Part shown: one piece after another, positions 11,634 through 23,484 of the stretch
How the letters are laid out: each line of letters opens with the position of its first letter
Numbering within the stretch: the stretch's first letter is position 1
Assembly: GCA_051313645.2 (NCBI GenBank)
Contig: JBNRSN020000020.1
Location: 93,186,001 to 93,250,000, forward strand
Source of the DNA: Centroscyllium fabricii
Lineage: Eukaryota
Direction of reading: 5' to 3'
DNA length: 64,000 bases
Translations under genes and position numbers: made by a program
Notes under the pieces: model-generated
Seen by the model: only the letters and a program-made list of their open reading frames with translations
Told to the model about the DNA's origin: nothing
Databases searched by the model: none

Positions 11634-14169
11634 CTGAATCACTCAGGATCAAAAAAAAAAGAGTAACCATTAACAAGGAAAGGAAACCGACCTGTATATT
11701 TTATCTCCTATCAGTTACTATACAAATCATATATGAAAAATGTTTTAGTGTTACATTTGTTCAAAATTTATTTTTAAAAATTATTTTATGGAATCAGGAC
11801 ATCGCTGGCAAGGCCCAGCATTTAATGCCCATCCTTAGTTGCCCTTGAGAAGGTGGTGGTGAGCCACCTTCTTGAACCGCTGCAGTCCATGTGGTGAAGG
11901 TACTCCCACAGTGCTGTTCGGGAGGGAGTTCCAGGATTTTGAGCCAGCGATGATGAAGGATCGACGATATATTTCTCAGTCAGGACAATGTGTGACTTGG
12001 AGGAGAACTTGGAGGTGGTGGTGTTCCCATGCGCCTGCTGCACTTTACCTTCTAGGTGGAAGAGGTCGCGGGTTTGGGAGGTACTGCCGAAGAAGCCTTG
12101 GCGAGTTGCTGCAGTGCAAGTTGTAGATGGTACACACTGCAGCCACGAAACGCTGGTGGTAGAGGGAGTGAATGTTTAAGGTGGTGGATGGGGTGCCATT
12201 CAAGTGAGCTGCTTTGTCCTGGATGGTGTTGAGTTTATTGAGTGTTGTTGGAACTGCACTCATCCAGGCAAGTGGAGAGTATTCCATCACACTACTTACT
12301 TGTGCCTTGTATATGGTGGAAAGGCTTTGTGGAGTCAGGAGGTGAGATACTTGCCGCAGAATACCTTGCTTCTGACCTGCTCTTATTGCCACAGTATTTA
12401 TGTGGCTGGTCCAGTTAAGTTTCTGGTTAATGGTGACCCCCAAGATGTTGATAGTGGGGGATTTGGCGATGGTAATGCCATTAAATGTCAAGTGGAGGTG
12501 GTTAGACTCTCGCTTGTTGGAGATAGTCATTGCCTGGCACTTCTGTGGCATGAATATTACCTGCCACTTATCAGCCCAAGCCTGAACGGCATCCAGGTCT
12601 TGTTGCATGCGGGCATGGACTGCTTCATTAGCCTTGATGCTAGACTCTGTCAAATGCTGCCTTGATGTCAAGGGCAGTCACTCTCACCTCACCTCTTGAT
12701 TTCAGCTCCTTTGTCCATGTTTGGACCAAGGCTGTAATGAGGTCGGGAGCCGAGTGGTCTTGGCGGAACCCAAACTGGGCATCAGTGAGCAGGTTATTGG
12801 TGATTAAGTGCCACTTGATAGCACTGTCGATGACACCTTCCATCACTTTGCTGATGATTAAGAGAAGACTGATGGGGCGGTAATTGGCTGGGTTTGATTT
12901 GTCCTGCTTTTTGTGGACAGGACATACCTGGACAGTTTTCCACATTGTCGGATAGATGCCAGTGTTGTAGCTGTAGTGGAACAGCTTGGCTAGTTCTGGA
13001 GCACAGGTCTTCAGCACGATAGCTGGGATGTTGTCGGGGCCCATAGCCTTTGCTGCATCCAGTGCACTCAGCCGTTTCTTGATATCACGTGAAGTGAATC
13101 GAATTGGCTGAAAAATGGCTTCTGTGAAGGTGGGGACCTCTGGAGTAGGCCGATACGGACCATCCACTTGGCACTTCTGGCTGAAGTTGGTTGCAAACTC
13201 TTCAGCCTTGCCTTTTGCACTCACGTGCTGGGCTCCACCATCATTGAGGATGGGGATATTCTTGGAGCCTCCTCCTCCTGTTAGTTGTTTAATGGTCCAC
13301 CACCATTCACGCCTGGATGTGGCAGGGCTGCAGAGCTTTGATCTGATCTGTTGATTGTAGGATCGCTTAGCCCTGTCTATAGCATGCTGCTTCTGCTTTT
13401 TAGCATGCATGTAGTCCTGTGTTGCAGCTTCCCAAGGTTGGCACCTCATTTTTAGGTACACCTGGTGGTGCTCCTGGCATGCTCTTCTACACTTGTTGTT
13501 GAACCAGGGTTCGTCCTCTGGCTTGATGGTAATGGCAGAATGAGGGATATGCCGGGCCAGGAGGTTACAGATTGTGGTGGAATAAAATTCTGCTGCTGCT
13601 GCTGGCCCACAGCGCCTCATTGATGCCCAGTTTTGAGCTGCTAGATCTGTTCTGAATCTGTCCCATTTAGCACAGTGGTAGTGCCACGCAACACGATGGA
13701 AGGTGTTCTCAGTGTAAAGACGGGACTTTGTCTCCACAATGACTGTGCGGTGTTCACTGCTACCAATACTGTCATGGACAGATGCATCTGTGGCAGGTAG
13801 ATTGGTGAGGATGAGGTCAAGTAAAATTTTCCCTTGTGTTGGTTCACTCACCACCTGTCGCAGGCCCAGACTGGCACTTATATCCGTCAGGACTCGGCCA
13901 GCTCGGTCAGTGGTGGTGCCACCGAGCCACTCTTGGTGATGGACATTGAAGTCCCCCACCCAGAGTACATTTTATGCCCTTGCTACTCTCCGTGCTTCTT
14001 CCAAGTGGTGTTCAACATGGAGGAGTACTGATTCATCAGCCGAAGGAGGTTGGTAGGTGGTAATCAGCCGGAGGTTTCCTTGCCCATGCTTGGCCTGAAG
14101 CTATGAGACTTCATAGGGTCTGGAGTCAATGTTGAGGACTCCCAGGGCCACTCCCTCCCAACTGTATAT

Positions 14170-14566
14170 GGGCAGCACGGTAGCATAGTGGTTAGCACTG
14201 TTGCCTTACAGCACTAGAGACCCGGGTTCAAATCCAGCCTCGGGTGACTATCTGTGTGGAGTTTGCACATTCTCCCCGTGTCTGCGTGGGTTTTCTCCGG
14301 GTGCTCCGGTTTCCTCCCACAGTCCAAAGATGTGCGGGTTAGGTTGATTGGCCATGATAAATTGACCCTTAGTGTTAGGGGGATTGAATGTGCGGGGATA
14401 GGGTGGGATATGTGTCGGTGTGGGCTCGATGGGGATTGAGGGATGTGGGGAGAGGGCAGGGACAGGGTGCTCGGTTTGGGTGATCAGCCATGATCTCATT
14501 GAATGGTGGAGCAGGCTCGAAGGGCCAAATGGCCTACTCCTGCTCCTATGTTTCTATGTTTCTATG
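14170..14566 (+). mobile_element. HE1-type V-SINE
   Basis: tRNA-like head GGGCAGCACGGTAGCATAGTGGTTAGCAC...GGTTCAAATCC, V-domain CTGTGTGGAGTTTGCACATTCTCCCCGTGTCTGCGTGGG, CR1-derived tail ending in TTCTATGT repeats. Confidence 0.9.
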
Positions 14567-14847
14567 TATACCACTGTGCCACCACCCTGGTGGGTCTGTC
14601 CTGTCGGTGGGACATACCCAGGGATTGTGATAGAGGAGCTCAGGACATTGGCTGAAAGGTATGATTCTGTGAGTATGACTAAGTCAGGCTTGACTCATCT
14701 GTGGGACAGCTCTCAAAATTTTGGTACAAGTCCCTAGATGTTGGTGAGGATGGCTTTGCAAGCTTGCCTGGGCTGGATGTGCCATTGCCGTGTCCATAGC
14801 CGGTGCCGAGGTTGATGCCGGGTGGTCCTTCCGATTTCATTCTTATT

Positions 14848-15616
14848 GGCCCAGAAATTGCAGTGGAGCCTTCGTGCGGGGGCAGTACCTGCTTAACGCA
14901 CTTTAATTGCCCATATTCAGTTTTGCTTTTTTGCACTGAGAAATTCCCGTTAGCCCAGCCTGTCAGAGCTCCATGCGAGTTTCATGGGCATCTGAAGGGC
15001 GTAATTAGTGCGAGGTGGCTTTTGAGACCACGTGATTGGCAGGGAGCCAATCAGTGGAAGCAATTCTCCATTCAAAACTTCCACAGAGAAATCTGTGCGA
15101 GTTTTGAAGAGAGAGATTCCCAAAAGACATTTAAACACAAAAATAAAATTTTACAAACACCACATTTTTTAAATATTACCCCAACTAACACAAATAACCT
15201 ATTTTAAAGAAAAAATAAATATTTGCAGAAATTGTTTTCCACTTCCAACAGGTCTAAAAAAATACTTACCTGTCTTTAAAGTTATCAACAATTAAAAACC
15301 TGAAAAAACAACAATTAAAATCAATAAAATACACACTTACCAGATAAAAACGGGTGTTTACGACTCCTATTTTCCAGCGTTGAATTTTCTGCTCTTGGTC
15401 CGTAGAAAAACTTTTAAAAAACATCGGAAAGACTGGGTGATCCCGTAGTTCGCTGCTTCCTGCACTGGACCTCGCAGGAAGCAGCAACCCCCCCCCCCCC
15501 CCGCTGGGCGGCACAGGAAAACCCGGAGCGTGCGCTCCGGCTGCTTCCTGCGGGTTTAATCTCTGGTGCGCTCGCAGAGCTTAAACCTGATATGCACAGA
15601 CTGCAATTTCTGGGCC
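14848..15616. mobile_element. Non-autonomous DNA transposon (Harbinger-like MITE)
   Basis: Terminal inverted repeat GGCCCAGAAATTGCAGT, AT-rich 3-bp flanks, interrupts the LINE. Confidence 0.7.
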
Positions 15617-16414
15617 ATTATGTTTCGTAGCAGTTTGTTACAACTGACTGATTTGCTGGGCCATTTCAGAGAGCAGTTAAGTATCAACCACATTGCTGTG
15701 GGTCTGGAATCACATATAGACCAGACCAGGTAAGGACGGCAGATTTCCTTCCCTATTTGTATTGACGCAGTTATGGTTGTACGTATTTTTATTACTGCAT
15801 TTTATTTATGCTTGTAAAATTTAGACTATAACATGCTTTATATAAACACTAGTGAATAAATTGATACCACATTAAAATTTTATCAGTTTCAATTTTTAAT
15901 GTGTAAATACTCCAATTGTACATACATTCAAAATGGCTCCGTGGGAATTTAAGACTGAAGGAAGCTGCATCTATTGGAAAAAAGAACTTTCCAACTGCAA
16001 TGAATAAGCTGCAGTCATTTATAAACAATGGCAAGAACTCAGACAGAATTACAGGGAATATACAGCTCAGGAACAGGCCATTCGGCCCAACCAGTCTGTG
16101 CTGGTGTATATATTCCACGAGTCTCCTCATCTCAGCCTTTCAGCATATCTTTCTAATCCCTTTTCTCTTATATACAGGTCTAATTTCCTTTGGAAAGCAT
16201 CTAAGCAATTTGCCTCAATCACTTCCTTTGGTATTGAAATTCACATTCTAACTACTCTCTGAGTAAACAAATTTCTCCTTATTTCCCTGTTGGATTTACG
16301 AGTAACTATCTTGGACTTATGGTCCCTCGTTTTGGATTCTCCCACAAGTGGAAAGATTCTCTCCACATCCACCCTGGCCAACCCATTCATAATTTTAAAG
16401 ACCTCTATCAGTGG

Positions 16415-16972
16415 GCTGTCCTTGAAAATCCCACAGAATGATTTTTAAAAACAAGGATTTTTCTTACTGAAAATCACAGAACAAGCCAAAGATGGTTCGA
16501 GTCTGGATGACTCTACGTCAGGCGGGGTCACATGTAGCGCGACATAAATCCAATATCACGGTTGAGGCCATGCTCATGGGTGTGGAACTTGGCTATCAGC
16601 CTCTGCTCGACGATTTTGCGTTGTGTGTCTCGAAGGCCACCTTGGAGAATGCTTACTGTAACAGCAGACTGTAACGTTTGACCCTTTGTGACTGCACCCT
16701 TTGATCTCAGGCTGAATGATATGTTAGAACACCTTTGATTGCTTTGATGTCCCTCAGCTGAGGTGTGATGTGAAACAGCTGGAGAGACCACATTGTTCTC
16801 TCTCTCTCTCTCTATATATGTGCTATGTTTAAATGAATCTCGACACTTCGCCTGGCGAAGGGGCAGACGCTCCGAAAGCTTGTGATTTCAAATAAAACTG
16901 TTGGACTATAACCTGGTGTTGGGACTTCTTGCATTTGTCCACCCCAGTCCAACACCGGCACCTCCACATCAT
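16415..16972. mobile_element. Penelope-like element fragment with internal inversion
   Basis: Minus-strand peptide QRKIVEQRLIAKFHTHEHGLNRDIGFMSRY resembles the C-terminus of a PLE GIY-YIG endonuclease. Degenerate hammerhead cores at about 16497-16522 (-) and 16851-16885 (+). Confidence 0.75.
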
Positions 16973-17145
16973 CATCTATACAAGTTTAACATACCTTCAC
17001 TACTTTTGAATTCTATACCCCTAGAAATAAATCCCAGTGCTTTGTTAGCATTTTGAATTGCTTTGCTGACCTGAGATGCTTTTTTAATGATTTGTTCACC
17101 TGTCTCCCTCGATCCCTTTGCTCTTTGACCAAATTCAGATTCTTA

Positions 17146-18507
17146 GGGGGAGAAGTTTGGTTGGTTAGCGCCTCCTCTTAGCACCTCCGAGGAGCGATAA
17201 CGGGAAGCTAACATCTTATCGTCCGGGCATGGCCATGTTACTGCCGCCCGCGGAATCCACCTGGCGGTTTGCGGCAGCGGTAGTCCCTAGCGCCACAAAT
17301 CCTGCACCTGGAGATCGTGACGCTACCCGGCTGCGTGGCACGCTGGTAGCGCCACGGATCCGAACTTCGGTTCCGCTCGGCCCGAAAACACCGGCAGTCG
17401 CAGGGGGGGTGTTCATCGGGAGGTCAGACGCTTCGGGGGCGATACTTAAAGGCGAGGTGGCCGAGGTAAGTATAACTAATTCTGAAATGCTCTTTCTCTT
17501 TTTTTCCCCCTTTGTCTTCACCAGCCATCGATCGGCCCAGTACTCTGCTGCAGTGCATCGGGCTGGATCGCGGTTGCCGTCAGGGACCAGGTAAAGCCCC
17601 GCTTTCACTGGAGGCTAAGAATATCAAGAATATCAAGAATCGTCACGTATCGAAATTCGTGGCGATTCGGCAAAAAATGTGAAAATTCGTGGTGGATTCG
17701 GGAGGAGCTACGAATCCACTACGAATTGATTACGAATTATTCGTGCCGAATGTCAAGAATGGTTTAAGAAACAAGTACGAATTCAAAGAATCAGGTAAGA
17801 ATTTAACGAACTCACTTACGAATGTGCCGAATTACTGTACGAATCCACTACGACCGATTCGTACTTGATTCGTACCTGATTCGTGGACATTCGTGCCTGT
17901 TTCGTGATGTATTCGGCGTGGGTCCACGAATTTGAGGGAGTCAAGAATGCCCAAGAATAGACAAGAATGCAGAAGAAGCGATTAAGAAACGGTTAAGAAG
18001 GATAAGAAAGGGTTAAGAACGATAAGAAAGGGTCACGAATTGTTTAGGAATCTATCACGAATTTGACATTCGTTAACCCTCCCACGAAATTTTTTGACAA
18101 ACAAAAACTTTCTTGAAAAATCAAAGAAATCACGCGAACTTACGCGAACTCTACGAATCCTCTACGAATCAACCACGAATCAACCACGAATCGGTTACGA
18201 ATTGCAAGAATTACCCACGAATCGGACAAATTTCAGATTCGGGACGATTCGGCAATTCGTAGCCTCCAGTGAAAGCGGGGCTTAAGTTTTCCCCTTGCAG
18301 AGCCTGCAGCGATGGCCCTTCCTTTAATGGGGGGGGAAAGGAGTCTTCCAACGCGGCAGTGCTGCACATCTACCGCTCCAACTGCTGCCTTCCTGCGGCG
18401 CTAAAACTAAATTTTTTAAAAGTTGGGAATCATTAACACCTGCCACTCAGTTTCTCAGCTTTCAAACGTTAGTGCCTGAAATGGGGCGATACTGAATTTC
18501 TTCCCCC
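17146..18507. mobile_element. Harbinger-like MITE (host of a second MITE)
   Basis: Ends GGGGGAGAAG... / ...GAATTTCTTCCCCC with TTA TSD on both sides. Homologous to 40266-41265. Confidence 0.75.
17595..18282. mobile_element. Young PIF/Harbinger-type MITE rich in ACGAAT/AAGAAT motifs
   Basis: Perfect 23-bp TIR AGCCCCGCTTTCACTGGAGGCTA. TAA TSD (17592-17594, 18283-18285). Empty site visible in the paralogous repeat near 40720. Confidence 0.9.
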
Positions 18508-19623
18508 TTATTCTCTAAGGTGTTTGTGATGTTTCTGTTTTTCCCACCAAAGTGCATCATCTCACGTTTGTCTATGTTAACGTTAATTTGCCACTTAACT
18601 GCCCACTCTGCATGCTTTCTCATGTTTTCTTTTATTATGCTGTATTCTTCCTCAGTGTTAGCTGTAACCCCCAGTTTGGTATAATCTGCAAAGCCATTAT
18701 GCTGCGTGGGTCAGTAAAAACGTTTACTGTCTGGGGGGTCACCAATGTAGGAGTCTGTGATCTCCTAACATAATAGATCAGCTAACTCGGAGGAAAAACT
18801 GCAAAACTGATCGTTTTAGTTCAAACTCCAAAAACATTCGAAACTGAAAAAGCCCGCGGAACGCGCAATGACGTCACACTTGGGCACAATGGGTCTGTTT
18901 TCCCTCTCTCTTAAAGGGGAGGGGAAACCTGTAAGTTAAAGGGGATTTTACACGCAATTATTATGTACAGACATTTATTCACTGATGTGGAAATGCCACA
19001 TTGTGTTAGTTATTCCTAAGTCTAAATCATTAATGTAAATTATGAATTACAGTGGCCCCAGCACTGATCCTTATGGAACATCGCTTTCTACCTTCCTCTA
19101 ATCTGAATAACTATTCTTTATCCCTACTCTCTGCTTTTTATTTTTTTGCCACATTGACATCATTCAGCTATTTGTCCCCAGATTCCACATGCCCTAACCA
19201 TTGTCCTGAGCCAATCGTGTGCTACCTTAGCAAAGCGTTTTTGAAAATCTAAGTACAGGGTATATGACATCTATTACACTACCCATGTCTACTCTCTCTC
19301 TTACCTTTTCAAAGAATTCTATCAGGTTAGTTAAGCACGATTTAGCCTTTTGGAATCTATGCTGACTATTTTTTGTTATATTTATGTCTCTAGATTGTAC
19401 TTCCAACTTTTCTTTTAGTATAGATTCCAGTATCTTTTCAATCACTGATGTTAAGCTGACTGGTCTATAGCTCCCAGGTTTGGTTCTATCTCCCTTTTTG
19501 TACATGGGAACAACATTAGCTACCACCAGTCCTCTGGCACCATCCCCTCTTTTATGGATTTTTTGTATATATATATATATTTATATAAACTAGTGCCTCT
19601 GCGATCTCCTCCCTAGTTTTCTT

Positions 19624-19912
19624 AATAATAATAATTCAACTTTATTGTCATTATACAATGTACAAGTACATGAACAACGAAATGTGATCTTGCAAGCTCC
19701 CAAGAGTCCAGCAAAGCCGCTGCGTCTGTGCGCGCCGCCATTCCATCATTCCGACAATCTTCAGCCAACCGCCCCTCCCCGGGGCTCCTTTCGTGACCTT
19801 CTGCACCTGGTATTCCCTGGTGGTCACCCATCCAAGTACTAACCAGGCCTGGCTCTGCTCAGCTTCCAAGCCTTGGCCAGTGACCCTGGCCCTAGTCCTA
19901 GGAACAGGGCTG
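19624..19912 (-). mobile_element. 5S rRNA-derived SINE (SINE3-like) with Rex1-like tail
   Basis: 19870-19798 reads CTTGGAAGCTGAGCAGAGCCAGGCCTGGTTAGTACTTGGATGGGTGACCACCAGGGAATACCAGGTGCAG (5S internal control region and 3' half). Tail CATTTCGTTG...AATGACAATAAAG(TTA)n. Confidence 0.72.
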
Positions 19913-20554
19913 TCTGGGCATACCATCTGGACGTGGTGTCTTATCCTCTTTTAGTTTTGCTAGTTTGTCTATTATTTTCACCCTTTCAATCCCAACTTTA
20001 TTACTTTTCTTTTTAAGTTCATCCTCTAGTGAGTGTCTATTTTGTTATAGTCCTCGGTAATAACTAAGGTGAAGTCGTTATTCAATGCTATTTCTCTATC
20101 ATTATTAGATTTATGTCAGTTTCCCTGACTAACTCCTACAGTAAGGGGCAGGAAACGTTTCAGAAGCTGCTCCACAGGCTCCCCTCTAATAAAACTGACA
20201 CAGGCAGCTACAGATCCATTAGTCTCACTTCCATTCATGGCAAATATTGGAACTTATTGTTGGGAGTAAACTTGAGAAGTATCTGCAGAATGATAACCTA
20301 GTAAAGAGTAAGATCGATTCGGAAGGGGAAGGTATCACCTGACTAACCATCTTAACTTCTTTGAGGAATTAACATCCCCAGTGGAATCTGGAAAGCCCTA
20401 TGATTTTCAAAAGGCATTTGACAAAGTCCCTCGTGAAAGGCTATTAGTTAGACCCAAAGCTCTGGGTATTCAGCGTAAACCCTGGGAATGGATAAGAAAC
20501 TGTCTGAATGGTACCAAGAAACTAATGCTCATTCGAAAAGAAAGAAAGAAAAAA

Positions 20555-21270
20555 AGAACTTGCAATTTATATAGTGTCTTTCATGACCTCAGGATACCCC
20601 AAAGTATTTCACAGCCAATGAAGTATTTTTGAGACGTAGTCACTGTTGTTATGTGTACAGCAAGGTCCCACAAACAGCAATTAGATGAATGAACAAATAA
20701 TCTGTTTCATAGAATCATAGAAGATAGGAGCAGGAGTAGGCCATTCGGCCCTTCGAGCCTGCTCCGCCATTCAACGAGATCATGGCTGATCTTACACGTT
20801 CAGTACCCAGTCCCTGCCTTCTCCCCATATCCCTTAATCCCTTTAGCCTGAAGAAATATATCCCTCTTGAATATATTCAATGAACCGGCCTCCACCGCCC
20901 TCTGTGGCAAGGAATTCCACAGGTTCACCACTCTCTGTGTGAAGAATTTCCTCCTCATCTCAGTCCTACAGGAGGAAATTCTTCACACAGAGAGTGATGA
21001 ACCTGTGGAATTCTGTTTAAGTGAGGGATAAATATTGGCCAGGACACTGGAAGAACTCTTTGAATAGTTCTATGGAATCTTTTACATCCACCTGAGATGG
21101 CAGGAGGGGCCTCAGTTTAACGTCTCACTCAAAGGATGGCAGTTCTGACAGTGCAGCACTCTCTTATCTGGGAATGCTGCACTGTCGGGATCAGCCTGGA
21201 TTATGGGCTCAAGCTCTGGAGGGGGGCTTGATCCCACGACTTTCTGGCTGAGAGTCAAGAGTTTGATGCT
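20555..21270 (-). mobile_element. SacSINE1/Deu-domain-like SINE interrupted by a CR1 3' fragment (20708-21013)
   Basis: Reverse complement of the element at 25985-26435. CR1 insert flanked by a TCTGTTT duplication. Confidence 0.65.
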
Positions 21271-21419
21271 GAGAAAAAGCTAACCCCTTAGAGGAGTTAT
21301 GGTGGGGTCGAGGTGTGGGAGGGGAATGGGTACTAAGTGGGGTGCTGCAAGGCCCGGTATTGGGACCGCTACTATTTCTCATTTACATCAGTGACCTGGA
21401 CTCAAACTCAATGTAAGTT

Positions 21420-21810
21420 GATGATGAGGAGGTGCCGGTGTTGGACTGGGGTGGACAATTGTAAGAAGTCACACAACACCAGGTTATAGTCCAACAGTTT
21501 TATTTGAAATCACAAGCTTTCGGAGCGCTGCTCCTTCCTCAGGTGAGATTCATTTAAACATAGCATATATAGAGAGAGAGAACAATGTGGTCTCTCCAAC
21601 TGTTTCACATCACACCTCAGCTGAGAGACATCAAAGCAATCAAAGGTGTTCTAACATATCAGTCAGCCTGAGATCAAAGGGTGCAGTCACAAAGGGTCAA
21701 ATGTTACAGTCTGGTGTCTGTGAAAATCCCACAGAATGATTTTTTTTTAAACGGATTTTTCTTACTGAAAATCGCAGAACAAGCCAAAGATGATTCAAGT
21801 CTGGATGACT
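21420..21810 (-). mobile_element. Penelope-like pseudo-LTR fragment
   Basis: Same family as 16415-16972, 34085-35013 and 40769-41007. Carries a hammerhead core followed by AATAAA. Confidence 0.75.
21510..21546 (-). ncRNA. Minimal type I hammerhead ribozyme motif (PLE-type)
   Basis: UCAC-CUGAGGA-A-GGAGC-AGC-GCUCC-GAAA-GC-UU-GUGA: intact core, stem I UCAC/GUGA, 5-bp stem II, palindromic AGCU stem III. Confidence 0.75.
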
Positions 21811-21995
21811 ATAAGTTGATTACATTTGCTGATGATACCAAACTGGGAGGAGCAGTGGAATTGGAGAGAGCAACTCAAGTTACAGAATGTGTTGGACAAA
21901 AGAAGTATGCGGGCAGCTCATAGCAGCTGAAATTCAATTCAACTGAAAGGCAAAGTAAAACAATAAGCAACACATGTACCACATGAATGGTTTTC

Positions 21996-22313
21996 CTAAG
22001 ACCTAGCGTTAGCATAAATTGCCATTTCAGAGTCCTGTGGAGTATCAAGTGATGGAGGTTCTCTGTTGTTCTTTGGGGGCTGGCTTTGAACCTTGATACC
22101 ACTGTAGATGACACTGTCCTCGTTGTTAACTGAGTGCCTTGCCACCTTACTGCTCCGTGTTGTCGATTTCTTTTGAAACTGCACTCTTGCATACGTGATT
22201 TCATTTTCGTCGTTACTCAACTGGGCAGTTCCCTCGCTGGGTGTTTCTACTGAGCTACGTCGAATGTGCTCTACACTTGCGTATAAAGTGCTGCCTTCTG
22301 CTGCTGCCAATTG
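21996..22313 (-). CDS. CD300/pIgR-like (MDIR-like) receptor exon 7: cytoplasmic tail with ITSM/ITIM-like motifs, stop codon
   Basis: Acceptor tattttattttag|CAA, phase 0. Encodes QLAAAEGSTLYASV...ITYARV...VIYSGI...AIYANARS*. Confidence 0.88.
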   Translation of the reverse strand, partial: QLAAAEGSTLYASVEHIRRSSVETPSEGTAQLSNDENEITYARVQFQKKSTTRSSKVARHSVNNEDSVIYSGIKVQSQPPKNNREPPSLDTPQDSEMAIYANARS

Positions 22314-22425
22314 CTAAAATAAAATAATACAAGGTCCAGTTGATTTCTGATTAACTTGAATGGTGATTTGTGCTGTTAAGAGGAGAAATCTATTTCTAGA
22401 TTGTTACAAGTCAGTTTACAAAGTA

Positions 22426-22977
22426 CAGGTTGTGCACCGAAAATCCGTGACCCGAAACGCCGGCAGCTTCAGTCTGCTGGAACAAATTGCCCCGACTGCA
22501 CTGCGCATGCGCAAGATGGCAGCCGCGATCGCGGCTTCGGCGAATGATCTGCGCATGCGCCGCCGAACGGCAAGCGCATGTGCAGATCATTCAAAACGGC
22601 TGCCGGGTGTTTTGAATGATCTGCGCATGCGTCGCCGGACGGCTAGCGCATGCGCAGATCACTCAAAACGGCCGCCGGGCCTTCCGTGGCATCAGGGCGC
22701 GGTGGCTTGCGCCGCGTTTTGAATGTGCGAGTCCCGAGCGCCCGCCAAGGTGAAGCGCGCGGTTTCCCGGAGCAGCCTGCAGGCCGTCATCATGAGCAAC
22801 AAACCGCAGCTGAGACTCCACAAAGACGTTCGGCGGCCATTTCCAATGCTGTGCGCATGCGCGCGGCCATTTTTCATGGTGCGCGCATGCGCACTGACCG
22901 ACTTCATTCTGCCGGTTTTTTTACTTTCCTGGCACGGGCCTGGTCCCACCCGTGCCGGATTTCCGGTGCTCAACCTG
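22426..22977. mobile_element. Tc1/pogo-like MITE, GC-rich, with GCGCATGCGC repeats
   Basis: TA flanks. TIR CAGGTTG(T/A)GCACCG(A/G)AAATCCG. Confidence 0.85.
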
Positions 22978-22999
22978 TATTACAAAGTACGACAAATTA

Positions 23000-23423
23000 T
23001 TTAGAACACTGAAACAGGCCATTCGGCCCAACTGGTCCGTGCCGGTGTTGTTGTTCCACACGAGCCTCCTCCCACCCCTCGTCTGCTCACCCCATCAACA
23101 TCTCCTTCTATTCCTTTCTCCCTCATGTGCTTATCTAGCTTGCCCTTGAATGTATTTATGCTTCTCACCTCAACCGCTCCCTGTGGTAGCGAGGTCCCCA
23201 TTCTGACCACTCTCTGGGTAAAGAAGTTTCTGCTGAATTCCCTATTGGATTTATTGGTGACTGTCTTGTAGTTATTGCCCCTAGTTGTGGTCTCGCCCAC
23301 AAGTGGAAACATCTTCTCTACGTCTCCACCATCAAACCCTTTCATAATCCTGAAGATCTCTATCAGGTAACCCCTCAGTCTTCTCTTTTCAGTAATGTGC
23401 CCCAGCCTGTTAAATCTTTCCAT
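23000..23423 (-). mobile_element. CR1 LINE 3' fragment
   Basis: Peptide EKRRLRGYLIEIFRIMKGFD...RNFFTQRVVR followed by a CR1 tail. Confidence 0.8.
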
Positions 23424-23484
23424 AAGTTTTTAATTTTCCAAGAGATTATGATAACACCTTACATATCACCATCTCATAGGTGAC

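Larger units (their letters stand above)
11795..15750 (-). mobile_element. Degenerate CR1/L2-group non-LTR retrotransposon (APE + RT) with internal deletion and nested insertions
   Basis: ORF 12640-13959 (GDFNVHH endonuclease motif; KAMGPDNIP; NYRPISLL; QFGFR; LDIKAAFDRV) joins ORF 12045-12671 (QDLDAVQAWADKWQ) with the central RT missing. Interrupted by a SINE (14170) and a MITE (14848). Confidence 0.82.
16050..20110 (-). mobile_element. Old fragmented CR1 LINE hosting several nested insertions
   Basis: CR1 tail near 16060, RT fragments such as ORF 19227-19526 (ANVVPMYKKG...YRPVSLTS...SCLTNLIEFF), split by Penelope, MITE and SINE insertions. Confidence 0.7.

Noticed and set aside
14170-14245. 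tRNA gene (and equivalents in the other HE1 copies)
   Set aside because: tRNA-derived SINE heads followed by V-domain and LINE tail.
19798-19870. Functional 5S rRNA gene
   Set aside because: The 5' ~45 nt of 5S are absent, it is diverged, and it is embedded in a SINE-like insert.
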